Source of the DNA: Octopus bimaculoides
Lineage: Eukaryota
Assembly: GCF_001194135.2 (NCBI RefSeq)
Contig: NC_068997.1
Span: forward strand, 6,046,147-6,110,146
Direction: 5' to 3'
DNA length: 64,000 bases
The notes beneath the pieces were generated by a model, which did no database searches, was not told the DNA's origin, and worked only from the letters and a program-made list of their open reading frames with translations. A program made the position numbers and the translations under genes. This document shows positions 63,540-64,000 of the stretch, in pieces (the stretch's first letter is position 1; each line of letters starts with the position of its first letter).

Positions 63540-64000
63540 TTAATAACTAGTGTTTCTTTCCAGGTAAACTGACATCTGACTGACATGGCTGCTATATTGG
63601 AGGATGACGCTCCAGCTTTATCAACAGTGCAAAAGTAGGCAGTTGAATTTAGTAGGGTAAAGGAGTGTCTAGAAGATGACTCGAGGTCTGGATGTCCTGC
63701 AACTGCCACCACCGGGAAAACATTGATTGTGTTCACTATATGGTGATGGATGACAGGTGACTGACTAAAACTCAAATAGCCAATACAATTAGCATATCTC
63801 ATGAGAGGGTTGAGAATATTCTGCACAATGAACTAGGCATGACAAAGGTAAGGTTTCTGCTTAGATATTTGATTAAAAGCACACCAGGTTGATCACATCA
63901 TGGGGAAAATCTGATGTTGTTTGAGGCAGATTCAGCAGATTTCCTTGAGTGTTTCCTAATCCAGGATGAGTGTTGGCTTCATCACTTTGAGCTAGAAACA
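63540..64000 (+). mobile_element. mariner 5' remnant running off the window end
   Basis: Broken HTH region (APALSTVQK*A-x-EF...LEDDSRSGCP) leading to FLIQDECWLHHFELE (cf. FVT-x-DETW-x-HH-x-x-PE). Confidence 0.75.

Overview
AT-rich, microsatellite-saturated eukaryotic DNA with many N gaps. The SINE repertoire, (TACA)n/(CA)n density and element types look like an Octopus assembly; that is an inference and the species cannot be confirmed. The only host gene I can support is on the minus strand. Seven exons found by hand (22533-22405, 6735-6604, 6343-6138, 5298-5150, 3219-3077, 1586-1505, 694-523) all have GT-AG boundaries with compatible phases. They splice into one open frame of 337 codons encoding EGF-EGF-ZP(N+C), the architecture of molluscan EGF/ZP shell-matrix proteins. 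The 3' end lies outside the window, and a possible signal-peptide exon sits at 37826-37775. The rest is intronic or intergenic DNA filled with decayed mobile elements: five mariner remnants, a DD37D maT, three R4/Dong-type RLE LINE pieces, RTE, I-group, Tx1 and Penelope-like fragments, a Gypsy-type integrase relic, a probable solo LTR, a Helitron-like element, several MITE/foldback elements and at least five SINE families. Less obvious signals are a dispersed set of minimal type I hammerhead-ribozyme-like motifs (one with an intact core, in sense orientation in the ZP-gene intron), a candidate spliced antisense transcript nested in the 15.7-kb EGF1-EGF2 intron, and a Merlin-like element with an 8-bp TSD and internal telomere-type repeats. 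No CRISPR array, rRNA or true tRNA gene is seen. Repeat coordinates are approximate; exon coordinates were counted exactly.
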